Position numbers and translations under genes: made by a program | In this document: positions 1-9,493 of the stretch, in pieces | How the letters are laid out: the number at the start of each line of letters is the position of its first letter | Numbering within the stretch: the stretch's first letter is position 1 | The notes under the pieces: model-generated | Seen by the model: the letters and a program-made list of their open reading frames with translations, nothing else | Database searches by the model: none | What the model was told of the DNA's origin: nothing | DNA from: Vulcanimicrobiota bacterium | Lineage (GTDB): Bacteria; Vulcanimicrobiota; Xenobia; Xenobiales; JADMJV01 | Assembly: GCA_050250895.1 (NCBI GenBank) | Contig: JBFWNU010000002.1 | Coordinates: forward strand, 1 to 64,000 | Direction of reading: 5' to 3' | Length of the DNA stretch: 64,000 bases

Positions 1-223
1 TCTTGAGCGACCACAGCACTCCCATCAACAAGAAGGCGAGCCGCGGCTCCTCGGTCTGGTGGGCCAGGGCCTTCACTGCCGACAGGATGGGCACCCCGGC
101 CCGATACATCACCGCCATCTGTCTCGTTAGCAAGGCCAGTTCGCGCAAAGAGGCCGATAGGGACGAGGTCCAGCTAGGACTGGTGGGTTGCGACTGCAAT
201 GTCTCAGGCAGCGCCAGGCTCAT
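1..223 (-). CDS. Type II secretion/type IV pilus inner-membrane platform protein (GspF/PilC family), N-terminal part, runs off the window
   Basis: Not in the ORF track because it is open at the edge. Manual translation from ATG 223 gives MSLALPETLQ...LRELALLTRQMAVMYRAGVPILSAVKALAHQTEEPRLAFLL, which matches the T2SSF pattern TRQL..M..AG.P. Confidence 0.75.
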   Translation of the reverse strand, partial: MSLALPETLQSQPTSPSWTSSLSASLRELALLTRQMAVMYRAGVPILSAVKALAHQTEEPRLAFLLMGVLWSLK

Positions 224-581
224 TGGAACCCTCTCGTCCTAGACATGTCGATACAGTCCCCCATGTCCAACAAGTATTCTTCGTCAAATCCAGACGGCCT
301 ATCGAAGGAATTTCTATTCGTCTTTTGCTCTCGATTGCGTCCCGTGTAGCCGCTAATAACCTTCTTGTGGGCCTTCTCGGCGATTGTTGTGAAGAAATTT
401 CGTTGATTATCTGTTGAGAGGGATGACTTAATATTGACCCTGACTGTCACCAAAGCGGTGTCTTCACTGCGAGTCCTTCCTGTTGAGCATATGAAAATAT
501 TGAAATTGCGTCAAAAGGTCATCTCGATAAGAAGCCTGAATAATCCAGACTCGTATCTCTAAGCTTTCTTTGGGGGGATGA

Positions 582-3500
582 ATGAAGCGAGTTTCCAGAC
601 GTTCCGCACTTTCCATTGGCACGTCTCTCGAGAGTGCATTCACACGCTGGGTGACCTACCTGCTACTGGTGGCCTTCTTTTTGAGCGCAGTGCCGATCGC
701 ACCCGCCTTTGCTTTAGCGCTGGAGCCATCGCGATTCACGCCCCCTCAAACGGTCAGTCCCGACAACTTGGCAACTCCCCCAACTTTGGACCCACTGGTC
801 GTGGACGCACTCCATCAGGCTGGTCTCGACCCGGCCAAGTACGCTCCCAAATTGCCCGTCCCGGGCGTGGCTGCCAGTGACGACCCTAACGTGCCACCCG
901 AGTTGCGACCCGGGCTCTCCCCCAAGATGTTCGAGCCGGGCACGACCAAACGTTCGTCAGTGGCTGGCGGTGCCAAAGAGACACCAACCAAACCCATCAC
1001 GCCCAGGCGAGTGTTGCCCCCTCCGGCAAAGGGTTTTCGGGCCGCAACCCCGGGGTTCGAGGACCTACCCTCTATCACACCCCCTGGTCCGGATGTCATG
1101 CCGCCGTACTCTCGTTGGAGTCGCGTTCCGGCTCCGGGCCTCGGCCGCAAGATGGTGGAAGAACCGGTGGTGATGTACGATGTCGACTACCAGCTCTTAT
1201 TGAGTGAGACCTATCCTCTGGATGAGGCGACCGAGGACTTCGTCTGGGACTTCGAAAGTCCCAACCTCGATAACAATCGTACGGCGCGAGGGTCGGCTGC
1301 TTCCATCCAGTTCAGCTATCGCCGTGTCGGCGCTGTCGATAGCGAGAGTTCTTCCCCTGACGCAGCTTACAGTCTCGAGATCACCGTTTGGGACCGTGAG
1401 CATCCAGAAGGCTTTGTTGTCTCGAGTGAATCTCTGCCCATCCATCTGGCGGACTTTCAAGCCTATTGCGGCATCACCGCTCGCGACCCCGGAGTTTGGA
1501 CCGTTTTCCAGTATCAGAACGGCGGTGAGGTGACCCAGTCGAGTTTTGAGGTCGTGCATTTCTTGGCCAGCGACACGCTAGACCAGTGGGCCCGGCGTCA
1601 GGCCAACGAATGGGAGGCGACGGGGGACTCCTTTGACGGATACGGCTACCTCTCGGATGAATTCTTTGGCGAGCGGTTCCCGATGTACTTCGAAGACTTT
1701 ATTCCAGGTCTGGGCGCTTCTCGACCCTTCCGGCGCGTGGCTTCGGGCGGAGCCAGCCTGGATGTAGAGAGGTCGTTCGAATTCGTGGGGAGGGCAGAAG
1801 GGGATTCCCTCCCCCTCCAGGTTCTCCATACGGTCGACCGTTTTCAGCTCTTTGGCGCCTCTAACTATAAGAGCAAGAGCAAGCAGAAGTCCAAGCCCAA
1901 GACATCAACCAGAACGAAGCCTTCGCCCACACCCGCAGACCGCATTCGTGCTCGGATGCGAGGTGCGCACAAGCCGTGGCCCAAGGCCGGCCTCTATCGC
2001 CGGTCGCGGGCGAAGGCCTGGGAAGACAACTCCTGGCGGATCCGAAACTCACACCACCGCGGTGGCGGTTACTCGTCCGGCCGGGGCGGCCACGACAACG
2101 GGCATGGCCGCGGTCACAGCCAGCATGGTAACGGACATGGATACGGCCACGACCACCATGGCAACGGCCATGGACACGGTCACGGGGACGGCGGTCACGG
2201 TCATGGTGGTCACGGCCACGGTGGTCACGGTCATGGGGGCCACGATGGGGGCCACGGTGACGGAACAACCGGGACATCGGGTGGGACCTCGGGTGGTACG
2301 ACCGGCGGAACTTCGGGCACCGACACCGGCGGGACGACCGGCGGAACCTCGGGCACCGACACCGGCGGCACAACGGGCGGAACTTCTGGCACCGACACCG
2401 GCGGCACGACGGGCGGAACCTCGGGCACCGATACTGGCGGCACGACCGGTGGAACCTCGGGCACGGACACGGGTGGCACGACCGGAGGCACTTCTGGGGG
2501 GACCAGTGGCGGAACCAGTGGCGGAACGTCGGGGGGCACCAGCGGCGGCACGACGGGCGGAGGTGGCCAACCGAGGCGTGAGCCTGATAGCTACTTTGCC
2601 ATGAACTGGACTCACCGCAATTCGGCCTACAATCAGACCGACCTGGACACGAATTACACCGTGGCCTATGAGTATTATGCGGCCGATGCTACCGCCGGTC
2701 TTCCTGAGCAGATGGCCCGTATTGTCTATGACGTGGCCTACCCCGAGGGGAGGGTGACGGACACCTGGGAGAACTTGGAGGAAGTCTTCGGCGACCTCCA
2801 GGGCACCAGCTTCGAAGCTTTCGCTTGCGCCGGCCTACCGGGGCCCGGTATTCTCGACGTCGATTTTGTGCAGAACGGTGATGTCGCCATCTGGGGTGAA
2901 ATTGAGGCTCGTGGTCACATGGCCGTGCTCACCGACGCCCGAAATACCTATGAAGGTGGTCAGCCCAACTCGATTGCGTTCCAACTCACGACGGCTCCGG
3001 CGACCTGGGTTCCGAGCGCCTTTGACGCAACCCTCTACGTGGTGGATGAACTCAGTGGGGAAGTGATTCACACCGAGACCCAATCCATTACCGGGAACAC
3101 CGACCCGGCCCCTAGGATCGAGTTCCTATGGGACGGCCACCATGACGTGGGTGGGGACTCAGTGCGACCGGGCCAGGTCATTCACGCTGATGTGGATATT
3201 GCTATCACCGACGAAACGAGCGCGGCGCAAGAGTCGATTTTGGCCAAGGCTGGGGTGGAACTCGACATCGGCGATCCCTTGCTTGTCGCCCAGGCTCTTC
3301 CATCCCAATTGCCTGGCCCGCTCGGAGTGATCAATCCTAACGGTTACACCTGGCCAGATGGACTGGAGCCAGGCCCCGGTGACCCCAACAACCCGACGGT
3401 AACCCAGGGTGATACCACCCCTCGCTGCGTCTTTGGAACGCCGGCCTTCGGCGTGGTGCGCCCCCCGCAAGCCACCGAGTCCCTCTCCAATCTGCCCCAT

Positions 3501-6500
3501 GTGGTCGACCCGACCACAGGACGCAGTCACGGGTTCTATCCCGATCTCGTCCTCACCACCCGAGGCTTACCCATCGTGGTTGGCCGCCATCACGATAGTA
3601 CCCGAGAGGGTTTCGATGCCCTGCAAGGTTGGCGCTGGACCTTCCAGGAATACCTACAACTGGGCGCCCAGGGCACCATGACCCGGAAGACGCCCGATGG
3701 CAACACCCAGGTCTTCGTCCTTAATGGGGCCAACTTCGAGGCTGCCGATCCGTCCATAACCTCAAAGCTCACCCAAACGGGCACCAACACCTTCACCATT
3801 ACCGAAAAGAGTGGGATCAAGTTCAACTATGCGCGGCACGATGTCTTTACTTTCCTGCTCAGCAGTATCGAAGACCGCAACGGTAATGCGACCAGCTACA
3901 CCTGGAACGCCGACGGGATTCGAATGGAGAAGATCACCGACCCGGTTGGGCGTCAGGTGCTCTTTACCTGGAGTACTCCGCCTGGCATCGGCCAACGTCC
4001 TCGCCTGGATTCGGTGAAGGACTGGGCCAATCGAGAGGTTCACTACGACTACGTTCAGGGTCTCGGCTTCACCCAACTGCTCAAGAAGGCGAGACTGCCC
4101 GAGAACATTGCGTACACCTACGACTACCTCGAGTTGACCTGTCCCTACCACCCGCTGGATGGCAACTACACGCTCAGTGGCGTCACTCTCAATACGGCCT
4201 CGGGGGGACGCGCGGATCTCCGGGTAGCCCCGGTGCTCCGGCAACCCGGTGGCCTCACGGTTGGCGCTATCGACTCCTCGAACGCCGTCGTGAGTTTCCA
4301 GACTTCGCTCAAGAATCTCCCCGGTCAAAGGGGCTGGCAGAGCAGCCAGCCCACGAAGTTCGATCGGCATGGCACAGGGGTGTCCGCCCAGCAATGGTCC
4401 TACACTCAGAACGACCGTGGCTTGATTCGGACCGCTCTCAACCCGCTTAACCAGGACACTCAATTCGAGTATGACCCCAACGATAACATCACCCGGGTCA
4501 TCGACACCTTAAGTCACGATGTGGTGCTTGGCTGGGACGCCAGGCATAACCCGACCTCTGTCAGAGACAAGAACGGGATTATCACCTCGCTCTCCTGGTT
4601 TCCCACCGATGACCTGCGCAGCGTTCAGCGCCTGAACTCGAGCGGCACTCCAACCATCACTGAATTCGCCTACGACAGTCATCGCAACCTGACCAGCATC
4701 AAAGATCCCGAAGGGCACTTCACCTACTTCGAATACAACGGCAATGGCTTGTTGACTGAGGTTCGCGATCACTTGGGCAACGCCACCAGCTTTGGCTACA
4801 ACTCTAACGGATACCTCACCAGCATCACCGATCCAGAGACCAGAGTTACGACCTTCCAGGTGGATACCCTGGGCCGGCGAACGGCCGTGATCGACGCTCG
4901 TCAGAAGCGTTGGGACTACGCCTACGATGCGCTCGACCGCCTCACCAGCGTGACTTCGCCCCCCGACGTTGACAACGTCAGGTCTGTGACCCGGTGGAAT
5001 TGGAACGCTGATGGGACGCTCCGCGACATCATCGATGGAAACCTCAAGACGACCAGCTATACGTATGATAAGTCCCAGCGGGTGACGCAGGTCAACCTGC
5101 CCTCCGTTCCCGACAGGATCAGATACGAGTATGATCCCATCGGCAACGTCAAAAGATTCTACAACCCCAAGGACGACTTCACAGAGTATAGCTACGACAA
5201 ACTAAATCGCGTCACCCGGGTGACCTATCCAGGTTCAGATTTCGAGGCCTATGGGTATGACACCGTCGGGAATCTGACCACCTGGGACCGCAACGGCGCC
5301 CCTCAGGTTCGCTACGGATACGACTCCGGCCACCGTTTGACTTCGATCGCCACGACGGGCACCAACATCGGCTACCACTACGACACGCTTGACCGTATGG
5401 ATTCGATGACCGATGCAAGCGGGTCCACAAGCTGGGAATACTTCCTCGATTCAACCCTAAAGACGGTCAACTATCCCGGCGGCAAGTCGGTGAGCTATAC
5501 CTATGACGAGGTCAATAGAACCAGGTCCGTAACCTCGTCGAGCGGGGCCAGGACCGACTATACCTGGACCGCTCGCAACCAGCTCCAAATGGCCACCCAG
5601 GGTGGGAAGAGCTTTGTCTATGGCTACGACTTCGCCGAGAACCTGACCTCGATTGCCTATCCCAACGGCATCAGCTGTAACGCGACCTACGACGACCGTG
5701 GGCGCGTAGCCCAGATTAGTTACACCAACGGCGGTTCCCCCGTCGCGAGCGTCGACTACACCTTCGACCAGGTCGGAAATCGCCGTCAGAAGACCCTGAG
5801 AAGTTCTTCGGCGACCACCGTCGAAGACTACAACTATGACGACCGCTACCAGGTCACGTCGGTGGCCCGGTCCATCAACGGCACTCCTGCTGCCAATGTT
5901 GCGCTGGCCTACGACCTCAACGGCAATCGCTCTGCCAAGAACGGAGTTGCATACAACTACAACGCCGCGGACCAGCTCATGAGCGGTGGTCCCGAAGCCG
6001 TCTCCATGGCCTACAACGGCACAGGCTCACCGAGCAGCCTCAGGATCGGCTCAGACCTGCAACAATACACCTACGACTTCCGCGACATGCCCACAGCCAT
6101 CGCCACCGCGAACGGCACGGCACACAACGTCTACAACGGCCTAAACCAGCGCCTCAGCCACACAGCCACCGACGGGACCGTATCGAATTATCTCTGGAGC
6201 GGCGACCAACTGCTGACCGAATTCAACGGTAGCCAGGTCAAGGCAGACTACCTGCTCGGCGTCTTCCGCGAAGGAATCAAGACCGCCGATGGATGGCGCT
6301 TCTATCTCCGCGATGGCATCGGCTCGATCATCGCTCTGACTGATGAGAGCGGTAACGTCACCGACAGCTATGACTACGACGAGTTTGGAAACTTGCTTGC
6401 CTCGAGCAGCACATCCAGCTACAACCCCTTCATGTTCAGCGGAGAACAATTCGACGCGGATGTGGGCCAGTATTACCTCCGGAATCGCTTCTACCAACCC

Positions 6501-7184
6501 ACCTTAGGCAGGTTCCTGGTGCGGGATCCCATCGGCTACAGCGGTGGCATGAACCTGTATGCCTACTGCGGAAATAATCCGCTGAACTGCACGGATCCGA
6601 GCGGGTTGGAGACCGGGTGGGTAACCTACGACGCACATGAGCGGGCTCACAATCCGCGCTACAAACCTCGCCCGTTGGGTCCGTATGCACGCATTCCAGG
6701 AGTAACGGTAGGCCCAACAGGGACGGTCATTCTCCACAACCTAAGCGAGAATCCACTGACCGAAGGGCAGACTCTGAAAATTCAAAATGCAGTCAATCAA
6801 CTTGGAGCGAAAGACCCGAACGCCCGCATTATCGTTCACGGAAGTCAAGTCAAAGGAACCACGGGTGACCAAAGCGATGTGGACTACATGATTCGAGGCG
6901 GAAATTCAAAGGCTCGTGCGCGTGCCATCAGATCATTGCCCAGGGGTCCGGGCGGGGGTCAGCTGGGGACGGGTACCTCCGGGGGATTTAGTGGGCGCGA
7001 CGTGATGTGGGAAGGCGATCCGGCTAAAGCCGAGATGATCCAGGAGATATTGACATCTGGAAAGCCATATATCGAATTCCTACCCGGCACCTCGCAAATA
7101 CCGGAGGTGATTGTTCCGGTTGCACCAGAAGTCGTCCCGGAAATACTTGAACTGCCGGAGTTTCCATTCTTCTTTGAACTTTGA
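582..7184 (+). CDS. Rhs/YD-repeat polymorphic toxin, 2200 aa, with putative nucleotidyltransferase C-terminal domain
   Basis: N-terminal hydrophobic segment (WVTYLLLVAFFLSAVPIAPAFA), many YD repeats, and Rhs core motifs (FSGEQFD, YYLRNRFYQP.LGRFL.RDPIG, NPLNCTDPSGL). The ~190-aa tip contains IIVHGSQVKG...SDVDYMI. Confidence 0.95.
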   Translation: MKRVSRRSALSIGTSLESAFTRWVTYLLLVAFFLSAVPIAPAFALALEPSRFTPPQTVSPDNLATPPTLDPLVVDALHQAGLDPAKYAPKLPVPGVAASDDPNVPPELRPGLSPKMFEPGTTKRSSVAGGAKETPTKPITPRRVLPPPAKGFRAATPGFEDLPSITPPGPDVMPPYSRWSRVPAPGLGRKMVEEPVVMYDVDYQLLLSETYPLDEATEDFVWDFESPNLDNNRTARGSAASIQFSYRRVGAVDSESSSPDAAYSLEITVWDREHPEGFVVSSESLPIHLADFQAYCGITARDPGVWTVFQYQNGGEVTQSSFEVVHFLASDTLDQWARRQANEWEATGDSFDGYGYLSDEFFGERFPMYFEDFIPGLGASRPFRRVASGGASLDVERSFEFVGRAEGDSLPLQVLHTVDRFQLFGASNYKSKSKQKSKPKTSTRTKPSPTPADRIRARMRGAHKPWPKAGLYRRSRAKAWEDNSWRIRNSHHRGGGYSSGRGGHDNGHGRGHSQHGNGHGYGHDHHGNGHGHGHGDGGHGHGGHGHGGHGHGGHDGGHGDGTTGTSGGTSGGTTGGTSGTDTGGTTGGTSGTDTGGTTGGTSGTDTGGTTGGTSGTDTGGTTGGTSGTDTGGTTGGTSGGTSGGTSGGTSGGTSGGTTGGGGQPRREPDSYFAMNWTHRNSAYNQTDLDTNYTVAYEYYAADATAGLPEQMARIVYDVAYPEGRVTDTWENLEEVFGDLQGTSFEAFACAGLPGPGILDVDFVQNGDVAIWGEIEARGHMAVLTDARNTYEGGQPNSIAFQLTTAPATWVPSAFDATLYVVDELSGEVIHTETQSITGNTDPAPRIEFLWDGHHDVGGDSVRPGQVIHADVDIAITDETSAAQESILAKAGVELDIGDPLLVAQALPSQLPGPLGVINPNGYTWPDGLEPGPGDPNNPTVTQGDTTPRCVFGTPAFGVVRPPQATESLSNLPHVVDPTTGRSHGFYPDLVLTTRGLPIVVGRHHDSTREGFDALQGWRWTFQEYLQLGAQGTMTRKTPDGNTQVFVLNGANFEAADPSITSKLTQTGTNTFTITEKSGIKFNYARHDVFTFLLSSIEDRNGNATSYTWNADGIRMEKITDPVGRQVLFTWSTPPGIGQRPRLDSVKDWANREVHYDYVQGLGFTQLLKKARLPENIAYTYDYLELTCPYHPLDGNYTLSGVTLNTASGGRADLRVAPVLRQPGGLTVGAIDSSNAVVSFQTSLKNLPGQRGWQSSQPTKFDRHGTGVSAQQWSYTQNDRGLIRTALNPLNQDTQFEYDPNDNITRVIDTLSHDVVLGWDARHNPTSVRDKNGIITSLSWFPTDDLRSVQRLNSSGTPTITEFAYDSHRNLTSIKDPEGHFTYFEYNGNGLLTEVRDHLGNATSFGYNSNGYLTSITDPETRVTTFQVDTLGRRTAVIDARQKRWDYAYDALDRLTSVTSPPDVDNVRSVTRWNWNADGTLRDIIDGNLKTTSYTYDKSQRVTQVNLPSVPDRIRYEYDPIGNVKRFYNPKDDFTEYSYDKLNRVTRVTYPGSDFEAYGYDTVGNLTTWDRNGAPQVRYGYDSGHRLTSIATTGTNIGYHYDTLDRMDSMTDASGSTSWEYFLDSTLKTVNYPGGKSVSYTYDEVNRTRSVTSSSGARTDYTWTARNQLQMATQGGKSFVYGYDFAENLTSIAYPNGISCNATYDDRGRVAQISYTNGGSPVASVDYTFDQVGNRRQKTLRSSSATTVEDYNYDDRYQVTSVARSINGTPAANVALAYDLNGNRSAKNGVAYNYNAADQLMSGGPEAVSMAYNGTGSPSSLRIGSDLQQYTYDFRDMPTAIATANGTAHNVYNGLNQRLSHTATDGTVSNYLWSGDQLLTEFNGSQVKADYLLGVFREGIKTADGWRFYLRDGIGSIIALTDESGNVTDSYDYDEFGNLLASSSTSSYNPFMFSGEQFDADVGQYYLRNRFYQPTLGRFLVRDPIGYSGGMNLYAYCGNNPLNCTDPSGLETGWVTYDAHERAHNPRYKPRPLGPYARIPGVTVGPTGTVILHNLSENPLTEGQTLKIQNAVNQLGAKDPNARIIVHGSQVKGTTGDQSDVDYMIRGGNSKARARAIRSLPRGPGGGQLGTGTSGGFSGRDVMWEGDPAKAEMIQEILTSGKPYIEFLPGTSQIPEVIVPVAPEVVPEILELPEFPFFFEL
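2292..2471 (+). repeat. Five tandem 36-bp coding repeats (GGTTGGTSGTDT) in the Rhs linker, preceded by a His/Gly-rich tract (~2050-2260)
   Basis: The peptide units are identical while the DNA varies at synonymous positions. GGTS units follow to ~2560. Confidence 0.9.
6494..6610 (+). repeat. Rhs core-end homology block, copy 1 (117 bp)
   Basis: ccaacccaccttaggcaggttcctggtgcg...gcgggttgga is nearly identical to 8791-8907. Confidence 0.95.
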
Positions 7185-7185
7185 G

Positions 7186-7653
7186 ATGAAGTATCGTGAT
7201 TATCTTATCAACGGATTTGCACAAGGCTTGGTGGAGTTTTCAACCGTGCTGAGCTACTTCGAACAGCTTTCGTACGAAGGTCGGTCGAGCTTTCTAGAGT
7301 TCTTGCTTTGGTATGCGAAGGAGGCCCGTTTTCGCGACAGCGATGCGCAGCTCGCCGTTCAGCGCTCCGAGCAGAAGTCCACGTTCACTCCTTCGGTCCT
7401 GCTACTGCTGGGAAGACACGACAAGATTCCCAAACTTCCGGAAGATGAGCAGTTGAAGAGCCTGAGGTTGTTGCTAAACCTCTTCGCGATAGCTGATGAG
7501 CGGCGAAGACACGACGTTTGCAAGGGGGCTTGCCAGCATTGGTGGCACAATGACCTGCAATACCAATGGGCTAAAACGCCCTCCGGGGCGGTGCCGCGCC
7601 CTTCGACCGAAGGGCGCTCGACACCGCCGCGGGACGTGAGCAAAGACGAGTGA
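7186..7653 (+). CDS. Putative immunity protein, DUF5958-like
   Basis: ATG lies 1 nt after the Rhs stop. Motifs INGFAQG, KSTFTPSVLL and LFAIADERRR...CKGACQHWWH recall DUF5958. The 3' end reads into the 186-bp repeat. Confidence 0.7.
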   Translation: MKYRDYLINGFAQGLVEFSTVLSYFEQLSYEGRSSFLEFLLWYAKEARFRDSDAQLAVQRSEQKSTFTPSVLLLLGRHDKIPKLPEDEQLKSLRLLLNLFAIADERRRHDVCKGACQHWWHNDLQYQWAKTPSGAVPRPSTEGRSTPPRDVSKDE

Positions 7654-7759
7654 CGGTGAAGGGCGTGAGCGTGGCTGAAAGGCGCTCGGGCGCAGTTCTC
7701 AGACCACGTCGAACCTGATATAACTGCGCGCGAAACGGGAGTGGCAAGGCCCACCGGAG
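7574..7759. repeat. 186-bp direct repeat, copy 1 (putative element end or recombination site)
   Basis: Highly similar to 10029-10214. Contains the perfect hairpin gcgcccttcg-ac-cgaagggcgc (7596-7617) and the inverted pair gcgcagtt...aactgcgc (7690-7729). Confidence 0.9.
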
Positions 7760-7849
7760 CCCAAGACTCGGCTCGAACGGACCCAAGAGCGGGTAGCCGA
7801 GACTTGGGCTTTGACGTCGGCGCGTCCCCGGCTGGTGGCTAAAGAGTGG

Positions 7850-8599
7850 CCGGCTGGCTTGGCCTGGGCCGGCAAAGCAGAGACCGCAGCGTTGAACAAG
7901 AAAAGAGCGAGATCGCTGCGGCCACTGCGCAGGCATTCGCCGTCGGCTCCAGGGGCTGCGTTGACCAGGCTAAAGAGCGAGCGGCAGCCCCGTCACCGCC
8001 GGCGCCAGGAACCTGCTGGGGCCGCTTTGCGCGGTCTGCAGAGAGCGCGGCCTTGGCCACCAGAGAACAAGAACGCCGCGGCCACTGCTCCAAGGTTTCG
8101 GACCTTCATCCGAGCTGGCGACCTTCGGCTTGGTCGGCGCTGCGCGCCTCCCGCGCCGAGCGCCACCGGCTCCAGGGGCTGCGCCCGCCTGCTAAAGAGC
8201 GACCTGCGCAGCCCCGTCCCCGGCGGCGTGAGATCCGATCGGGTCGACCTGGTGGCCAAAGACCTGTCCTTCGAGACCGCCGAGCACGAGAGCGAGCCCC
8301 GGTGGCCGAGGTGCCGCGGCGTGGCCGCGGACACCCCCGGCCGGGAAGCGCCTCGAGGAACAGAGCTCGTGGCTGCACAGCGCCAGCGCGAGAAGGCAGC
8401 CCTCGATGTGAAGGCCACGCCGCATAGCCTGCGGCATGCGTTCGCCACGACGGCCGCCAGCAAGACGGGCGACATCCGGGCGGTGCAGCAGATCCTGGGT
8501 TCCGCCCACCAGAAGATTCTGCACGCTCACCTCGAGAACATCGGCGAGTCGTTCCAACATTTTCATGCGCGGCCGAACCTTGTCTGTCTCCCAGCCTGA
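7850..8599 (+). pseudogene. Decayed XerC-like tyrosine recombinase
   Basis: KATPHSLRHAFAT...GDIRAVQQILG retains the HxxR and LG motifs, but the segment carrying the catalytic Tyr is missing. The upstream part is scrambled; the 5' boundary is approximate. Confidence 0.7.
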
Positions 8600-8638
8600 C
8601 TTCTCCTCTTAGTCTATCGGGGAGAAGCGATTCGCCTG

Positions 8639-9493
8639 GTGCCGTCGAATCTTTTCTTTATGGGCGCTTGCCTTGCCGCCATCCCCACCGCATCGAACTC
8701 GGCGCGCCGGTCCAGACCGGCGCTTTCGCTGGTTCCGAAAAGGCGCGTACCCGGTGTGCCGCCCTTGAACGCGGGTCATTCAAAGCCGTCCCAACCCACC
8801 TTAGGCAGGTTCCTGGTGCGCGATCCCATCGGCTACAGCGGTGGCATGAACCTGTATGCCAACTGCGGAAATAATCCGTTGAATTGCACGGACCCCAGCG
8901 GTTTGGATGCTGCTCAGCAAGCAGCCATTACTGACGCCATCAATTTCATCGAAGCTAACAGTAGCGGATTGAGTCCCAATATCGTCCCGCGACTGCGGGC
9001 TATTCAGGATTCTGGAGCGATCTATTTGAAGGCAAACCTGAAAATCGGTACTTATGGTTTTCGGAAGAGTGTCCGTGGATATTCCCAGGGGGGCAAGATC
9101 TACGTAAACTCTACCAGCCTGGGGCTTTCCCCTCCACCTGCTGTTGCGGCGAGGACCTTGAACGCATTGGAACGTCGACAAGCTGGTTCTATGAGCGAGG
9201 CAGACTTTCACCAAGTTATGTTGCGGGTCAATGACACCTACACATCGTTTCTGGTTGAACTTGCGGCCTTACTCGTGCACGAAGGCACTCACGAAGCCGG
9301 AGCCCGGTACAAAAACGAGGTCGCCGACGAGCAGGCCGCGTATACGGCAGAGGCGGTTTTTCTAAACAATCTCAAAAGTAAGTATTCGGGACTCCCGACT
9401 ACCCAATCTACCATCAATGGTGGCCTGGAGGCGGTCAAGCAAGATGCAGTGACATTTGGATATCCTATACCAACGGTTTTGTTACCCAAATGA
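8639..9493 (+). CDS. Orphan Rhs C-terminal module with HExxH zinc-metallopeptidase-like toxin
   Basis: Carries the core end (GRFLVRDPIG...DPSGL) followed by an unrelated tip with LVHEGTH and a downstream Glu (DEQAAY). The start is uncertain and the module may be silent. Confidence 0.8.
   Translation: MPSNLFFMGACLAAIPTASNSARRSRPALSLVPKRRVPGVPPLNAGHSKPSQPTLGRFLVRDPIGYSGGMNLYANCGNNPLNCTDPSGLDAAQQAAITDAINFIEANSSGLSPNIVPRLRAIQDSGAIYLKANLKIGTYGFRKSVRGYSQGGKIYVNSTSLGLSPPPAVAARTLNALERRQAGSMSEADFHQVMLRVNDTYTSFLVELAALLVHEGTHEAGARYKNEVADEQAAYTAEAVFLNNLKSKYSGLPTTQSTINGGLEAVKQDAVTFGYPIPTVLLPK
8791..8907 (+). repeat. Rhs core-end homology block, copy 2
   Basis: Near-identical to 6494-6610. Confidence 0.95.

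Noticed and set aside
220-453. 77-aa minus-strand ORF overlapping the pilC-like start
   Set aside because: It lies in an AT-rich divergent promoter region, has a weak start and shows no motif; probably non-coding.
2292-2560. 36-bp periodic repeat resembling a CRISPR array
   Set aside because: There are no unique spacers, variation is synonymous within the Rhs frame, and no cas genes are present.
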